Of a stretch of DNA of 64,000 nucleotides, positions 40,321 to 49,945 are shown piece by piece. Each line of letters starts with the position of its first letter. Positions within the stretch are counted from its first letter, which is position 1. The position numbers and the translations under genes were made by a program. This DNA is from an uncultured bacterium. Lineage in GTDB: Bacteria; Patescibacteriota; Minisyncoccia; Phycocordibacterales; Phycocordibacteraceae. The notes under the pieces were generated by a model, which was given only the letters and a program-made list of their open reading frames with translations, was not told where the DNA came from and ran no database searches. Location of the stretch: contig CAWKPH010000002.1 of assembly GCA_963851445.1 (NCBI GenBank), positions 102,183 through 166,182 on the forward strand. The letters run 5' to 3'.

Positions 40321-41439
40321 CTATTCGCCAGGAGGCTCAAGCGTCATATCATTCATTGGGCCGAAGATGGTTTTACGTTCACCATCCTCAACGCGCCCGA
40401 CTTCGTGGGCTTCGTATCCCGTTATTTGTGCGATTCGTATGACCCTCTCGACTTCGCTTGCCGGAACGAAGATATAGTAACCGATGCCCCAGTTAAAGGT
40501 CGTCACGCAATCCCTGTCCGAGACACCAATTTCCTGCATGAAGCGGAAGAGCGTCGGCACTTCGGGCCAGGTATGGATGCGATAGGTGTGCGGGCGATGG
40601 TCAAACGAGATTTTAGCCACACCACTTCCAGTTCCCGGCAGAAGTGCGTGAATATCAATTTCCATCGTGAGCAGAGTTTCGACGAGTCTCACATAGCAGC
40701 GTGTCGGGATAAGCGCCTCTTCACCGAGCGTATTGCCGTTGGGCAATTTTGTAAGGAATTTGTCGGGCAACCCCAGTGCTCGTTTGATGACAAGCGATAC
40801 GCCATTAGCGTGAAGTCCGGAAGAGGTAACGCCAACGATTCGATCGCCTGTCGAAAGCTTCGTGCCATCGATAAGATTCCTGTTCGGCGCGATGAGGCCG
40901 GTGACACAACCACTAAGTGATGGGGCACTTGTGACGGGTTCCTGCGCTCGAATCAGATATTTGAGTGCAGGGGATTCACCAGCGACGAGCGCCATACCGG
41001 ACATCTCGCAGGCATCGTAGAAACCCTGAGCAAGATCTTCGGCGCGCTTTACATCCTGGAACCATTCGCTGTCTCCTGCAGCCACCTCGTCGACGTACGC
41101 AACAGGCATGGCGCCTTGAGCGATACAATCGTTGACCGCCATCATCGCGGTATCGATGCCGATGCCGCGATAGCGAGGATTGCCAGTCCCGTCGAATTGA
41201 TACATCCATTCGGCAATCCAGTTCTTGTTGCCGAGACCTTCGAGGGTATTGCACCAAGAATGAGAATGCCCGCCTTCGTACCGGAAGATTCCTCCATGCG
41301 AATGGAGCGCACTTGTATTTATGAACACCTGGCGGGCCCTCGGGAAGTGGGCAGTACGCCTGGCGGTCGCGATCATCGCAGCCTTGAAGGGCCCGATTTT
41401 GTCATAATCGACTCCTGCGTTCGCATATTCGCCTTGCAT
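40321..41439 (-). CDS. purM: Phosphoribosylformylglycinamidine cyclo-ligase (AIR synthetase)
   Basis: N-terminal YANAGVDYDKIGPF (YKDAGVDID-like) and C-terminal SSGLHANGVSLVIK (GLHSNGFSLVRK-like). PurM-length. Confidence 0.85.
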   Translation of the reverse strand: MQGEYANAGVDYDKIGPFKAAMIATARRTAHFPRARQVFINTSALHSHGGIFRYEGGHSHSWCNTLEGLGNKNWIAEWMYQFDGTGNPRYRGIGIDTAMMAVNDCIAQGAMPVAYVDEVAAGDSEWFQDVKRAEDLAQGFYDACEMSGMALVAGESPALKYLIRAQEPVTSAPSLSGCVTGLIAPNRNLIDGTKLSTGDRIVGVTSSGLHANGVSLVIKRALGLPDKFLTKLPNGNTLGEEALIPTRCYVRLVETLLTMEIDIHALLPGTGSGVAKISFDHRPHTYRIHTWPEVPTLFRFMQEIGVSDRDCVTTFNWGIGYYIFVPASEVERVIRIAQITGYEAHEVGRVEDGERKTIFGPMNDMTLEPPGE

Positions 41440-41613
41440 TTTCGCTCTCCTCTAGGGGTTGGTGGACTAATTTGTGCGATCTTGGCTTATCCTACAGAAG
41501 CTCACAAAGATAACAAGCGATTAACGTTTATCCATGGTAGGTTATTCCTAGACGAGCACCTTTGCGGGTGCTTTGTTGTTTGTCAATCTGCAGCCAATAG
41601 AGGAGATGCTGCC

Positions 41614-42645
41614 ATGTTGATCCGACTCTATCGTCGACTCCCTGGTCAGTACGACCTCGAGGAATGCTTCTATTTTGAATTCGCGGAGATGCCCGAACCT
41701 TCTGAGCTTGCGCTCTTGAGGTGGCTCATCGCTGAATCTTCGGAAGATGTCAGACATCATTCACACCTTCAAGGTGACGTGGTCGAGGTCGGTCCGCGGC
41801 TGTCAGTCGAGACCCCATTCTCTTCGAATGCGGTCGGCATCTGTCAGTCGATGGGCGTTCCCGTGCTACGGATCGAAAAATCTACACGGTATCCGGCTCA
41901 CAAGCCTGACTCTGTGAAGATCGATCCGCTCACGCAAGAAATCTATCCCGAGCCACTCACTACGTTTGGTTTGGGACACGACCCCGAACCCGTGCTCATC
42001 ATTCCGATTCTCCAAGACGGTGAGAAGGTGCTCGTCGCCGCAAACATCGTTCTGGGTCTTGGTATGGATACGGAAGACATCAAGTACTACACTCAGATGT
42101 TCCTCGGGCTCGGCCGCAACCCAACCGATGTCGAATTATTCCAGATCGGCAACGGAAACTCCGAACATAGTCGTCACCATTTTTTCCGCGGCATTCAAAT
42201 TATCGACGGTGTCCGGATGTCTGAGAGCTTGATGGATATTGTGAAAGCGGCCTGGAAAGCAAATCCGAACAATAGCCTGGTCGCGTTCCATGACAACAGC
42301 GGCGTGATTGAGGGGTGCGAGGTGCCCGTTCTGCTTCCGAGTAGACCTGGTCATCCTTCCTCCTTCTACATCGCGCCTATCATGCTCCACAAAACTATCA
42401 CCGCGGAGACACACAACCATCCAACGCTCATCGCACCATTCCCCGGTGCCAACACTGGCAGTGGGGGACGAATTCGCGATAACCGTGCGGTCGGTCGACA
42501 TCTCGCTATGATGCCGCATCCTGAACGGTGTTTCCTCCCGTGGCAGTGGCCATGGATGCCTGAAACGTGGCGTGCCACAATGAAGGTCTCTCCATGGTTG
42601 CAGATGTTCCAAAATGCGCGTACCTGGTGCCTTGAGCACTCGTAA
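41614..42645 (+). pseudogene. purL: FGAM synthase (purL, large type), in-frame internal deletion remnant
   Basis: The N-terminal ~330 aa is collinear with large PurL through NSEHSRHHFF and ETHNHPTLIAPFPGANTGSGGRIRD. It is then fused directly to the extreme C-terminus (MMPHPERCF...SPWLQMFQNARTW), so about 900 aa are missing. The 41116..41613 part of the track ORF is antisense to purM. Confidence 0.7.
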
Positions 42646-42732
42646 GTGTAAATGCCCCCGTCCGATTCGTTGGACGGGGGTTTCTTTAATAACAGTCGAT
42701 GTACATGAAATTGAAACTGATACACTAACTCT

Positions 42733-43230
42733 ATGCTTATCCTCCTCACGGGTCTTCCTGGTACTGGCAAGAGCACCATAGCGAATCTGCTTGCCGAAAA
42801 AACAGGAGGGTTAGTTATAAACTCAGATACTCTTCGTAAGGAGTTATTTCCAGTTAAAAGAACCTACTCTTCGATTGAAACTGGTATCGTCATTCAGGAA
42901 ACCGAGCGACTCGTTAGAGAAGCTCTCTTAGAAAACAAGACCGTCATTCTCGATGCGCTGTTCACTAAACAGGATGCACGCGATAAATATCAAAAATTGG
43001 CTCAAGAGTTGAAGGTTAGTTTTAAAGTGATTCTTGTCGGGGCACCTGAATCTCTTATCAAAGAGAGGTTGGATGAACGTTCCTTAGTCAATGACTCAAG
43101 TGAAGCAACCTTTGAAATCTATCTTGATAGAAAGAAGCATTTTGAAGCAGTGAATGGGGAACACCTAACTATTACAAACGAGGGAAGCCTCGAAGACCTG
43201 CGCACAAAGGTTGATGGTTTGAAAGTATAA
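42733..43230 (+). CDS. P-loop NTPase/kinase (AAA_33 / nucleoside-nucleotide kinase-like)
   Basis: Walker A GLPGTGKST at the N-terminus. 165 aa. Confidence 0.6.
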   Translation: MLILLTGLPGTGKSTIANLLAEKTGGLVINSDTLRKELFPVKRTYSSIETGIVIQETERLVREALLENKTVILDALFTKQDARDKYQKLAQELKVSFKVILVGAPESLIKERLDERSLVNDSSEATFEIYLDRKKHFEAVNGEHLTITNEGSLEDLRTKVDGLKV

Positions 43231-43267
43231 AAAGAAACCACCTCCTTCGCACGAGACGAAGGAGGTG
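43225..43267. terminator. Bidirectional terminator between convergent genes
   Basis: GTATAAAAAG-AAA-CCACCTCCTTCG...CGAAGGAGGTG. Read on the - strand it is hairpin + TTTCTTTTTATAC. Confidence 0.55.
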
Positions 43268-43299
43268 TTCCTTTCGTCTCGCCGAAGTGGCGGTTAGTG

Positions 43300-43686
43300 T
43301 TACTTCAGCTCCGCGGGCGGCGGTGCAACCTCGCACATTCCGCCCTCGCTTCCTGGCTCATCCTGCGCCCGCATGAGTCCCGTGCAGGCAAAAGGGAGAG
43401 AAGGCACCGGCGTCGATGAGTTGACGCTGGTGTCGAAGACGGCGCCGTGGACGACGTCGTACGTCGAGTGGGTGCCACTGGAACTCGTCACGTTGATGGT
43501 GAGGGTGCAGGGGTCGAAGCGGTTTTGGCATGCGCCGAGGATGAACGCGTCCGTGGCAGCTGTCTCGGCCGCGGCTCGGGCTGCGGTGGCAACCTTGGTG
43601 GCTTGGTAGCTTTCGATCGAAAAGCCGCCCGCCCCGCCGACGATGACCCCGATCACGAGGGCTGCAGCGATATTTCGGTTATTCAT
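43300..43686 (-). CDS. Hypothetical secreted/membrane-anchored protein (GC-rich)
   Basis: Start set at MNNRNIAAALVIGVIVGG (signal/TM). 128 aa. Confidence 0.4.
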   Translation of the reverse strand: MNNRNIAAALVIGVIVGGAGGFSIESYQATKVATAARAAAETAATDAFILGACQNRFDPCTLTINVTSSSGTHSTYDVVHGAVFDTSVNSSTPVPSLPFACTGLMRAQDEPGSEGGMCEVAPPPAELK

Positions 43687-43805
43687 CTGGAAACCTCTTT
43701 CTGGTGGGAACAAAAAATACTTCAAAAACAAGTTAACATGAATGTATAAAATTGTCAAGTTATCGACAACCCGAGAGCGGCTTTGGTTGTAATAAAAGAG
43801 AAATG

Positions 43806-43836
43806 AATATAAAAAAGAGGCAGTTCGAAAACTGCC
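43806..43836 (+). repeat. Degenerate array repeat R3 (A-tract + hairpin = - strand terminator for the NUDIX gene)
   Basis: AATATAAAAAAGAG followed by GGCAGTT-CGAA-AACTGCC. Confidence 0.4.
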
Positions 43837-43878
43837 CCTGTGCTCTTGATCGCAAACGATTCTCGCGGAGCCGCTGAA

Positions 43879-44403
43879 CTAGGCGAAGAGTAGTACACCT
43901 CGCTCTTCGAGCATCTGTCGATGCTTAGCCATAAATTCCCGACTCCGTACCAGCTCGTAAAATTTACCGACGGTGAAGAAAGTTGGTTCCTCACCTTCAT
44001 TCTCAGGGTGATATGAGTTCATCCAGTCACGTTCAGATTCGGTTATGCTTGCGATGAACAGAATGTCCCAGTACGGGCCGTCACGCCCATGCCGCTGCCA
44101 GCTCCCTGCGTATTCCAATTGCTCAGGGGTGGCATGAATACCTGTTTCGCCCTCAAGCTCCCTTAGGGCAGTTTGAAGCGGATTTTCATGTGGCTTTTTG
44201 TGCCCGGCCGCGAGCTTGTACTTCGGGTCGGGCCGCTCTGGTTCGATGACGAGTACGTACCCGCAGGGTAGAAAACTGGTCTCCTCCTCGGATATGACCC
44301 CCAGAGGCGAAGAGCGGTTGTCCGGGTAGACCCGGACAAATATAAGAGAACTCCAGGCATCCTCTGGGCGGATGCCATAGCTCTCATAATCAAAGTTAGT
44401 CAC
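43879..44403 (-). CDS. NUDIX hydrolase
   Basis: Nudix box GHKKPHENPLQTALRELEGETGI. Confidence 0.75.
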   Translation of the reverse strand: MTNFDYESYGIRPEDAWSSLIFVRVYPDNRSSPLGVISEEETSFLPCGYVLVIEPERPDPKYKLAAGHKKPHENPLQTALRELEGETGIHATPEQLEYAGSWQRHGRDGPYWDILFIASITESERDWMNSYHPENEGEEPTFFTVGKFYELVRSREFMAKHRQMLEERGVLLFA

Positions 44404-44555
44404 CTCGCACCTCCGTGCTTTTCATTACGAAGCGCAAATGTCTGCTTCTGAATTTACTATGCAGTATTTCTCAATTAAAGTCAAATTCAGAGGCAATGAA
44501 CAGCATTTGGACTTGAAATAAGTCTGATACCAAATTACAACCCACATCTAATCAC

Positions 44556-44583
44556 TTGACAAGGGGTGCATACCATGTAATGA
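44556..44583 (+). promoter_or_regulatory. Sigma70-like promoter (TTGACA-16-TAATGA)
   Basis: TTGACAAGGGGTGCATACCATGTAATGA sits upstream of a GC-rich unit with no credible ORF. Confidence 0.4.
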
Positions 44584-44589
44584 TGCTGA

Positions 44590-44852
44590 GGCACGTTGCC
44601 TGCCGATCGAATCGTCGCGCCCGAACAGGCGCTTGTCGGCTCGCTGGGGGCGTGCTGCACCGCCGGGCCTTAGGAAACTGTGGCCCAAAAATCAACAGCG
44701 CTCATTGCGCTAGCTCATTTAGGGATCTGTATCCGGTGATCATCGTGTGAGTCTGAACACCAGAACTCACCATGGCAGTGAACATCCAAAATTGCGAGGC
44801 ATAGGCCGGAGAAGATCACAACTCGATCCTCCGGCCTTTCGCATTTGTTTTA
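44590..44852 (+). ncRNA. Candidate structured ncRNA (promoter to terminator, no credible ORF)
   Basis: About 260 nt of GC-rich sequence between the promoter above and the terminator GGCCGGAG...CTCCGGCC+TTTCGCATTTGTTTT (44805..44852). The only ORF (44556..44750) is Arg-rich and implausible. Confidence 0.25.
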
Positions 44853-44883
44853 ATAAAATACGTTCTTGTATACGGTACTCGAC

Positions 44884-45309
44884 CTATTTCTTTGCAACCA
44901 CGCTGTTATGAATTTCTTCGGTTAGATCGTTATTAATCTTGATTAATCGATGAAGTTCGTCTTGTATTTTTAGAAGCGACTCAGCATCTTTATAGGTTTG
45001 CAAGGCCTGTTTGTCTGAGGCTCGCGCCGCAATCATCTGTCCAACAATAATTATTGGTAAAAGAACGAGCTGAAGAAAATTTGATGAGAGCCAATTAATA
45101 AAGACCGTGAAGGAATGAGCACCTATCGCCTGTGGAAGGGCAACAAATGCTATCAAGGCAAAAATGTATGCACAATACATCGTCCCGACAGCGTTCGTTA
45201 TGAACATTGCGACACGGCCATTAAAACCAAGCTGCTCATGCCTGGTGAGGTGGGGTCCTGATTTCTCTCGCTCTGCGATCCTAGGATTTGGTATATGTTC
45301 AGTTTTCAT
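44884..45309 (-). CDS. DUF1003-family membrane protein
   Basis: Pattern GRVAMFITNAVGTMYCAYIF...QLVLLPIIIVGQMIAARASDKQALQ...LHRLI fits DUF1003. Confidence 0.65.
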   Translation of the reverse strand: MKTEHIPNPRIAEREKSGPHLTRHEQLGFNGRVAMFITNAVGTMYCAYIFALIAFVALPQAIGAHSFTVFINWLSSNFLQLVLLPIIIVGQMIAARASDKQALQTYKDAESLLKIQDELHRLIKINNDLTEEIHNSVVAKK

Positions 45310-45415
45310 ACACCTAATGATATACCGAAAATACTCCTAGTTTGTGAGAAAAATTCACACTTGGTATAAAAGAAGAAGCTTACGTCCCTGTGGATTTCAG
45401 CTTCTCATTTGGCGT

Positions 45416-45700
45416 TCAACCAGCGGGCACATATGCGGCGATGATTTTGTGGTTGGGGTCATCAGGATTGCTCATGACACGATCGAAAGTGCGCATTGCA
45501 TCTCGTTGAACAAAGGCTTGTCCTGCGGCGTCCACCAGTGTTCGTCCATACCCACAAATGTCAGCAGTGCCGGAATTCATCTTGTCGATATAGCCCTTCT
45601 TTCCTGGAAGACGGACTAGGAAGGGGCTAAGGCAGTTGGGATTGTGCTCAACGACATAAGTGCTCTGGGTGAGTCTTTCAAGTACTTCTGGCTCTGTCAT
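45416..45700 (-). CDS. Hypothetical protein
   Basis: 94-aa ORF with no recognisable motif. Confidence 0.4.
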   Translation of the reverse strand: MTEPEVLERLTQSTYVVEHNPNCLSPFLVRLPGKKGYIDKMNSGTADICGYGRTLVDAAGQAFVQRDAMRTFDRVMSNPDDPNHKIIAAYVPAG

Positions 45701-45780
45701 TTCAAAATTCCTTCAGGTCAAACTCTAATGACATAGTATATAAAACCAAAAGAAATACTACTTTTTCGCTGGCCCCGCGT

Positions 45781-45843
45781 CGCGTATGAGCTTAGAACTT
45801 ATTTGCTATAAAAAGAGCTGACATGCGGACGAAGACTCGTCGT
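45781..45843 (+). repeat. Array repeat R4 (motif + hairpin)
   Basis: CGTATGAGCTTAGAACTTATTTGCTATAAAAAGAG followed by hairpin GACGA-AGAC-TCGTC. Lies 3' of the - strand gene at 45867..46160. Confidence 0.55.
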
Positions 45844-45866
45844 TATGCCAGCCCTGCTAATGCCGT

Positions 45867-46160
45867 TTACTCAACCACTCGTAGAGGGGGCCGCGGAACA
45901 TCTTCAGCCACGCTGCCTTTGCCCCATTCGAGGTGAAAGTAGAACTCCCGAGTGTCGTCCACGGGCTTCCCCTGAAATACGAAGACGCCGTGCCTTCCGT
46001 CGTATTTCAGGCACCACCCGTTTGCAAATACTCTGCGCTCGGGCAGACCGCCAGCCACCGTGAAGCAATTGGTTTCAACAGGTGGTGTGAACTGATAATC
46101 CCGCCCCGGAACGAATCTCTCTTGGATGGGTCCGTCTTTTTCGGTAGCCATGAAATACAA
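45867..46160 (-). CDS. Hypothetical protein
   Basis: 97-aa ORF. Confidence 0.4.
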   Translation of the reverse strand: MYFMATEKDGPIQERFVPGRDYQFTPPVETNCFTVAGGLPERRVFANGWCLKYDGRHGVFVFQGKPVDDTREFYFHLEWGKGSVAEDVPRPPLRVVE

Positions 46161-46524
46161 CCTCCTTTGAGCTAATCATATTAAACCTAATTGACTTGTA
46201 TGTGTCAAGATTCTGGCATGATGTTACGCCGCGTTTAACTCAGGAATGAGTGCCATCGCAAGGCCCAAGATCTTCTCGAGATATTCGCTCAGCAAACAAA
46301 ACCTCCCCCTGTTCATCATAAAAAATCTTATCGACTGAGTATCGATGATATACTGCCATTGCATTCAAGGACTCTCTCGCTCTGTGATCCGTCCTCATGG
46401 ATCTCTAGTATCTCAAGTTCTAGGTTTCGGTATGCCGGCGGTCTTTCGCCACCTTCATTACTCTCTTTCAATGGTTGTTTGGGAAGTCCCTCAGATATAG
46501 AATCACTTTAACATTGAATCTTAG

Positions 46525-46550
46525 TGTGTATGAGGTTAGAATTTTGATAC
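46525..46550 (+). repeat. Array repeat R5 (5' half of motif, degenerate 3' half)
   Basis: GTGTATGAGGTTAGAATTTTGATAC in a divergent intergenic region. Confidence 0.45.
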
Positions 46551-46679
46551 AAACGGAGCACACAACGCTGCCCTCTACTCAAGGATTATTTAGGGTTAAA
46601 TATATTTTGACAAAATAGATTAAATGTATTATTTTGCTGCCAGAGAATCAACCCTGGACCAAGCATGGAAGGCTAAACA

Positions 46680-47612
46680 ATGGGGCTCGAAATAGTCATT
46701 GCTACTGCAATTGTATTGTTTCTCGTTTTGATTTTTTCACACATTTTGAGTCGGAAGAAGAAGCCCACAAAAAGCTCATCCGGCCAACTTGAGCCGTACG
46801 TTCAACGTGCTGAACTTGCGCCTCTTCCGCCACCCCGAGTTCTGGCATCGGCGTCCGCACCTGCTGCCCCGGCGATTTCACTGAACGAGGAACCATCCAC
46901 CAAGTCTGATGTGACCGAACAGGAATTGAGAAATCGTCTCTTCCGCGCAACAACGGAGGAGGAGTGTGCCGAGATCTACCACCAAGCCCCTTACGGGAGT
47001 GCTCTCGAGCGTGATGCCGTGAAGCGTCTCGACGGCTTCCTGCTGCAGCGTCTTGCAGCAGCCACTACGGTGGATGAGTGCGAGGAGATATGGAAAGATC
47101 ACCTCTCGGACGACAGCTCCATCGAAACTAGGGTTGACGACATGATCATTGCAATCCTCACGGGCGATCTCGCAACCGCAACGACGGTGGATGAGTGCGA
47201 GGAAATCTACGAACGCATTCCCAGCGACAACTTCGAGGAAAAGGGAAGTCTGGGCAAAAGCGTTGTCCTCAAAATGCTTGAACTTTCGACGACTAACGAG
47301 ATGTGCATCGATCTTTTCAACTACCTCGAAAATGACGAGATCGACAACGAGTTGTATGACAAGATTCTTCGAAAGGCGCTCGAGCTTGCCGAAACTTCGG
47401 ACGAATGTGGCGAAGTTGAAGCTCACTCATCGGAAGATTTTGGACCAGACGAGGATGAAGTTGGCCAACGCAAAGTCGAACTGGCGGAAACGCTCGAAGA
47501 ATGTATCGACATCTGGGAAGCCTGCGACGACACTGACAGTGTTGTGTATCGGGCAGCAATCTGCAAAGCGGCTGATATGATCCGAGCTGAGCAGGCAAAT
47601 ACAAAACAGTAA
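46680..47612 (+). CDS. Membrane-anchored acidic repeat protein (TT-x-DEC-EEI-Y/W repeats)
   Basis: N-terminal TM helix followed by about 6 imperfect ~30-aa repeats. Each carries an ATTVDECEEIW/Y-like Cys-containing box. Confidence 0.5.
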   Translation: MGLEIVIATAIVLFLVLIFSHILSRKKKPTKSSSGQLEPYVQRAELAPLPPPRVLASASAPAAPAISLNEEPSTKSDVTEQELRNRLFRATTEEECAEIYHQAPYGSALERDAVKRLDGFLLQRLAAATTVDECEEIWKDHLSDDSSIETRVDDMIIAILTGDLATATTVDECEEIYERIPSDNFEEKGSLGKSVVLKMLELSTTNEMCIDLFNYLENDEIDNELYDKILRKALELAETSDECGEVEAHSSEDFGPDEDEVGQRKVELAETLEECIDIWEACDDTDSVVYRAAICKAADMIRAEQANTKQ

Positions 47613-47814
47613 TTAATCGCATTGAACAATTGGTTGATGCGAGAAATATACGCGACCGCCTCTCAAATTAGGGGCGGTTTTCTTTAATAAAAACAGCAAA
47701 TTTTGCAATACACTCCGATATTGACATAGCACCTATATATGTGTTATTTTTTTGGCACTCTGGAATCGTCTGGAGAGCTCTTACTCAACATAGAATCAAC
47801 AAAGGATTTGCTCA

Positions 47815-49716
47815 ATGCAGCAGTTCATCGACGCGACACTCCCCTGGGGAGGGCTGGCGATCGCCTTACTGGTAATCGTCCTCCTCTGGAGGTTCGTCGC
47901 ACGCCTGTTCGGCGTCATCATCGTCTCCAAGAACCAACTCGCTATCGTCACCAAGAAGTTCCGTCTGTTCGGCGTCAATCGAATCTTGCCTGACGGCAAG
48001 CTGATCGCTCTGAACGGCGAAGCCGGCATCCAGGCCGACACCCTCGCGCCGGGGCTCTATATGGGCTACTGGCCGTGGCAGTACGAGATCGAAATGCGCG
48101 AGGTCATCACCATCGGCGCCGGCCAAGTCGGCGTCGTGGAAGCTCGCGACGGCAAACCGATCACGAACGGCCGCATCTTCGCGAGCCGCGTCGAGTCGGA
48201 CTCGTTCCAGAGCGCTGCTCTCTTTCTCAAAAACGGAGGTCAGCGCGGGCCACAGATCGACATTCTGACTCCAGGAACCTGGCGCATCAATACCCAGCTC
48301 TTCACGGTCAAGCTCGCCGGCGCGGTTCACATTCCCGACAAGATGGTCGGCATCGTGACTACCCAGGACGGCGAGCCTCTCCCGACCGGCGAAATTGCCG
48401 GCAGGGAAGTGCCAGGGCATCACAGCTTCCAAGACGCGCAAGCGTTCGTGGATGCGCGTGGCAACAAGGGTCTCCAGGAGCAGGTGCTCCTCGCGGGCTC
48501 CTACTACCTCAATCCTGACTTTGTCACGGTCGAGGTGGTGCCGATGACCGAAGTTCCCATCGGCTACGTGGGCGTCGTCATCGCCCGTGTCGGCGCCGCT
48601 CCTTCGGCCTCAGAACAGGAAGATGGGGTTCAGGCCGGACACGCCAACATCGTCCGCAAGGGCGAGAAGGGCGTGTGGGATACCCCATACGATCCGGGAC
48701 TCTATCCTATCAACCCGGACACGCACGTGGTCAGGCTCGTTCCGACGACGAACATCGTTCTGCAGTGGGCCAATACGAAATCCGCTGCACACGATCTCGA
48801 CAAGGAGCTTTCGCCGATCACCGTGCGTTCGGGCGACGGCTTCACGTTCAGTCTGGACGTCGGTCAGATGATTCATATCTCGCCGTCGAAGGCCTCAGCG
48901 GTCATCGCCCGGTTCGGGAGCATGGAGAATCTGGTCACACAAGTTCTGGAGCCCCTCGTCGGGAACTACTTCAGGATCAGCGCCCAGAAGTCGGACGTCA
49001 TCGAGTTCCTGCGGAATCGTTCAGAACGTCAGAGCGAGGCCAACCAGGCCATCGTCACGGCGCTTGCTGGACACCACGTGGAGGCAGGCGATACGTTCAT
49101 CGGCGACATCGTTCCTCCGGCGGAACTGATGGCTACGCTCACCGCCCGAAAGGTCGCTGAGCAGCAAACCATCACGTACGGCATCGAAAAGGATGCGGAG
49201 ACCGCTCGCCAGGATCTGACCGAGGCTACTGCTTTGGCCGACACTCGTGCGTCTGTGGTTACGGCCCAGCGCGGCGTGGAAATCGCCGAGCTTGACGCCC
49301 AGTCCGCGGTGAAGAAGGCGGGTGGTCAAGGACAGTCGATGATCATCGTCGCCGACGCCAACGCCCACGTCACGAAAGTGACCGGCGAAGCCGAAGCCGG
49401 CAAGATCCAAGCCATCGGCACCGCCGAGGCCTCGGTTCAGACGGCTAAGGTGGAGAGTATCGGCGCTGAGCCCTACGCTCGGATCATGGTGGCCACGCAA
49501 CTTGCCGAACACGGGATCAAACTCGTGCCGGAAATCATGGTCGCTGGTGGTGGCGATGCACAAGGCAGTGGCGGCATCATCGCCGCCCTGATCGGCACTA
49601 TGCTGAAGGACAGGCTTGCTGAGCGCCCTGGCTCCGCTTCGACTTCCGAACCTGCTCCGGCAGCTTCGATCGCCCCAGCGACGCCCGCCAGTGCCGACAG
49701 GTCCACGGGCAACTAA
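47815..49716 (+). CDS. Flotillin-like SPFH/Band-7 protein (very GC-rich)
   Basis: N-terminal TM, SPFH domain, then an Ala/Glu-rich coiled coil (EA repeats). G+C visibly far above the window average. Confidence 0.8.
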   Translation: MQQFIDATLPWGGLAIALLVIVLLWRFVARLFGVIIVSKNQLAIVTKKFRLFGVNRILPDGKLIALNGEAGIQADTLAPGLYMGYWPWQYEIEMREVITIGAGQVGVVEARDGKPITNGRIFASRVESDSFQSAALFLKNGGQRGPQIDILTPGTWRINTQLFTVKLAGAVHIPDKMVGIVTTQDGEPLPTGEIAGREVPGHHSFQDAQAFVDARGNKGLQEQVLLAGSYYLNPDFVTVEVVPMTEVPIGYVGVVIARVGAAPSASEQEDGVQAGHANIVRKGEKGVWDTPYDPGLYPINPDTHVVRLVPTTNIVLQWANTKSAAHDLDKELSPITVRSGDGFTFSLDVGQMIHISPSKASAVIARFGSMENLVTQVLEPLVGNYFRISAQKSDVIEFLRNRSERQSEANQAIVTALAGHHVEAGDTFIGDIVPPAELMATLTARKVAEQQTITYGIEKDAETARQDLTEATALADTRASVVTAQRGVEIAELDAQSAVKKAGGQGQSMIIVADANAHVTKVTGEAEAGKIQAIGTAEASVQTAKVESIGAEPYARIMVATQLAEHGIKLVPEIMVAGGGDAQGSGGIIAALIGTMLKDRLAERPGSASTSEPAPAASIAPATPASADRSTGN

Positions 49717-49841
49717 GTCCTTTCGTTCTACTTGTTTGAAGTGTTCTTTTGGGCGGTTTGCAATATTTGCAGACCGCCCTTTTTCTTTTCTATTAATTCT
49801 TTGAAAGCTTACTAATACTTCCAGCTACCACTAAAATCTTT

Positions 49842-49876
49842 TGTGAGGTTAGAATCTGGGTGGTATAAGAATTGAC
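49842..49876 (+). repeat. Array repeat R6
   Basis: TGTGAGGTTAGAATCTGGGTGGTATAAGAATTGAC. The 3' end overlaps a -35 box. Confidence 0.5.
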
Positions 49877-49900
49877 AAATCTACCATATTAGTGTATAAA
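49872..49900 (+). promoter_or_regulatory. Sigma70-like promoter TTGACA-17-TATAAA
   Basis: TTGACAAATCTACCATATTAGTGTATAAA is followed by an AAGGAG RBS and the ATG at 49946. Confidence 0.5.
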
Positions 49901-49945
49901 GCACCTGTCCTCGTACGTTGCCATTTCAACCAACCAAAGGAGCCC

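Noticed and set aside
41116-41613. 5' extension of the purL-like ORF (track ORF 41116..42645)
   Set aside because: This part is antisense to purM. The PurL homology and an AGGAG RBS begin at the Met at 41614.
48075-49563. Several Arg-rich ORFs (48075..48518, 48587..48871, 48675..49160, 49021..49563)
   Set aside because: Alternate-frame and antisense artefacts inside the GC-rich flotillin gene.
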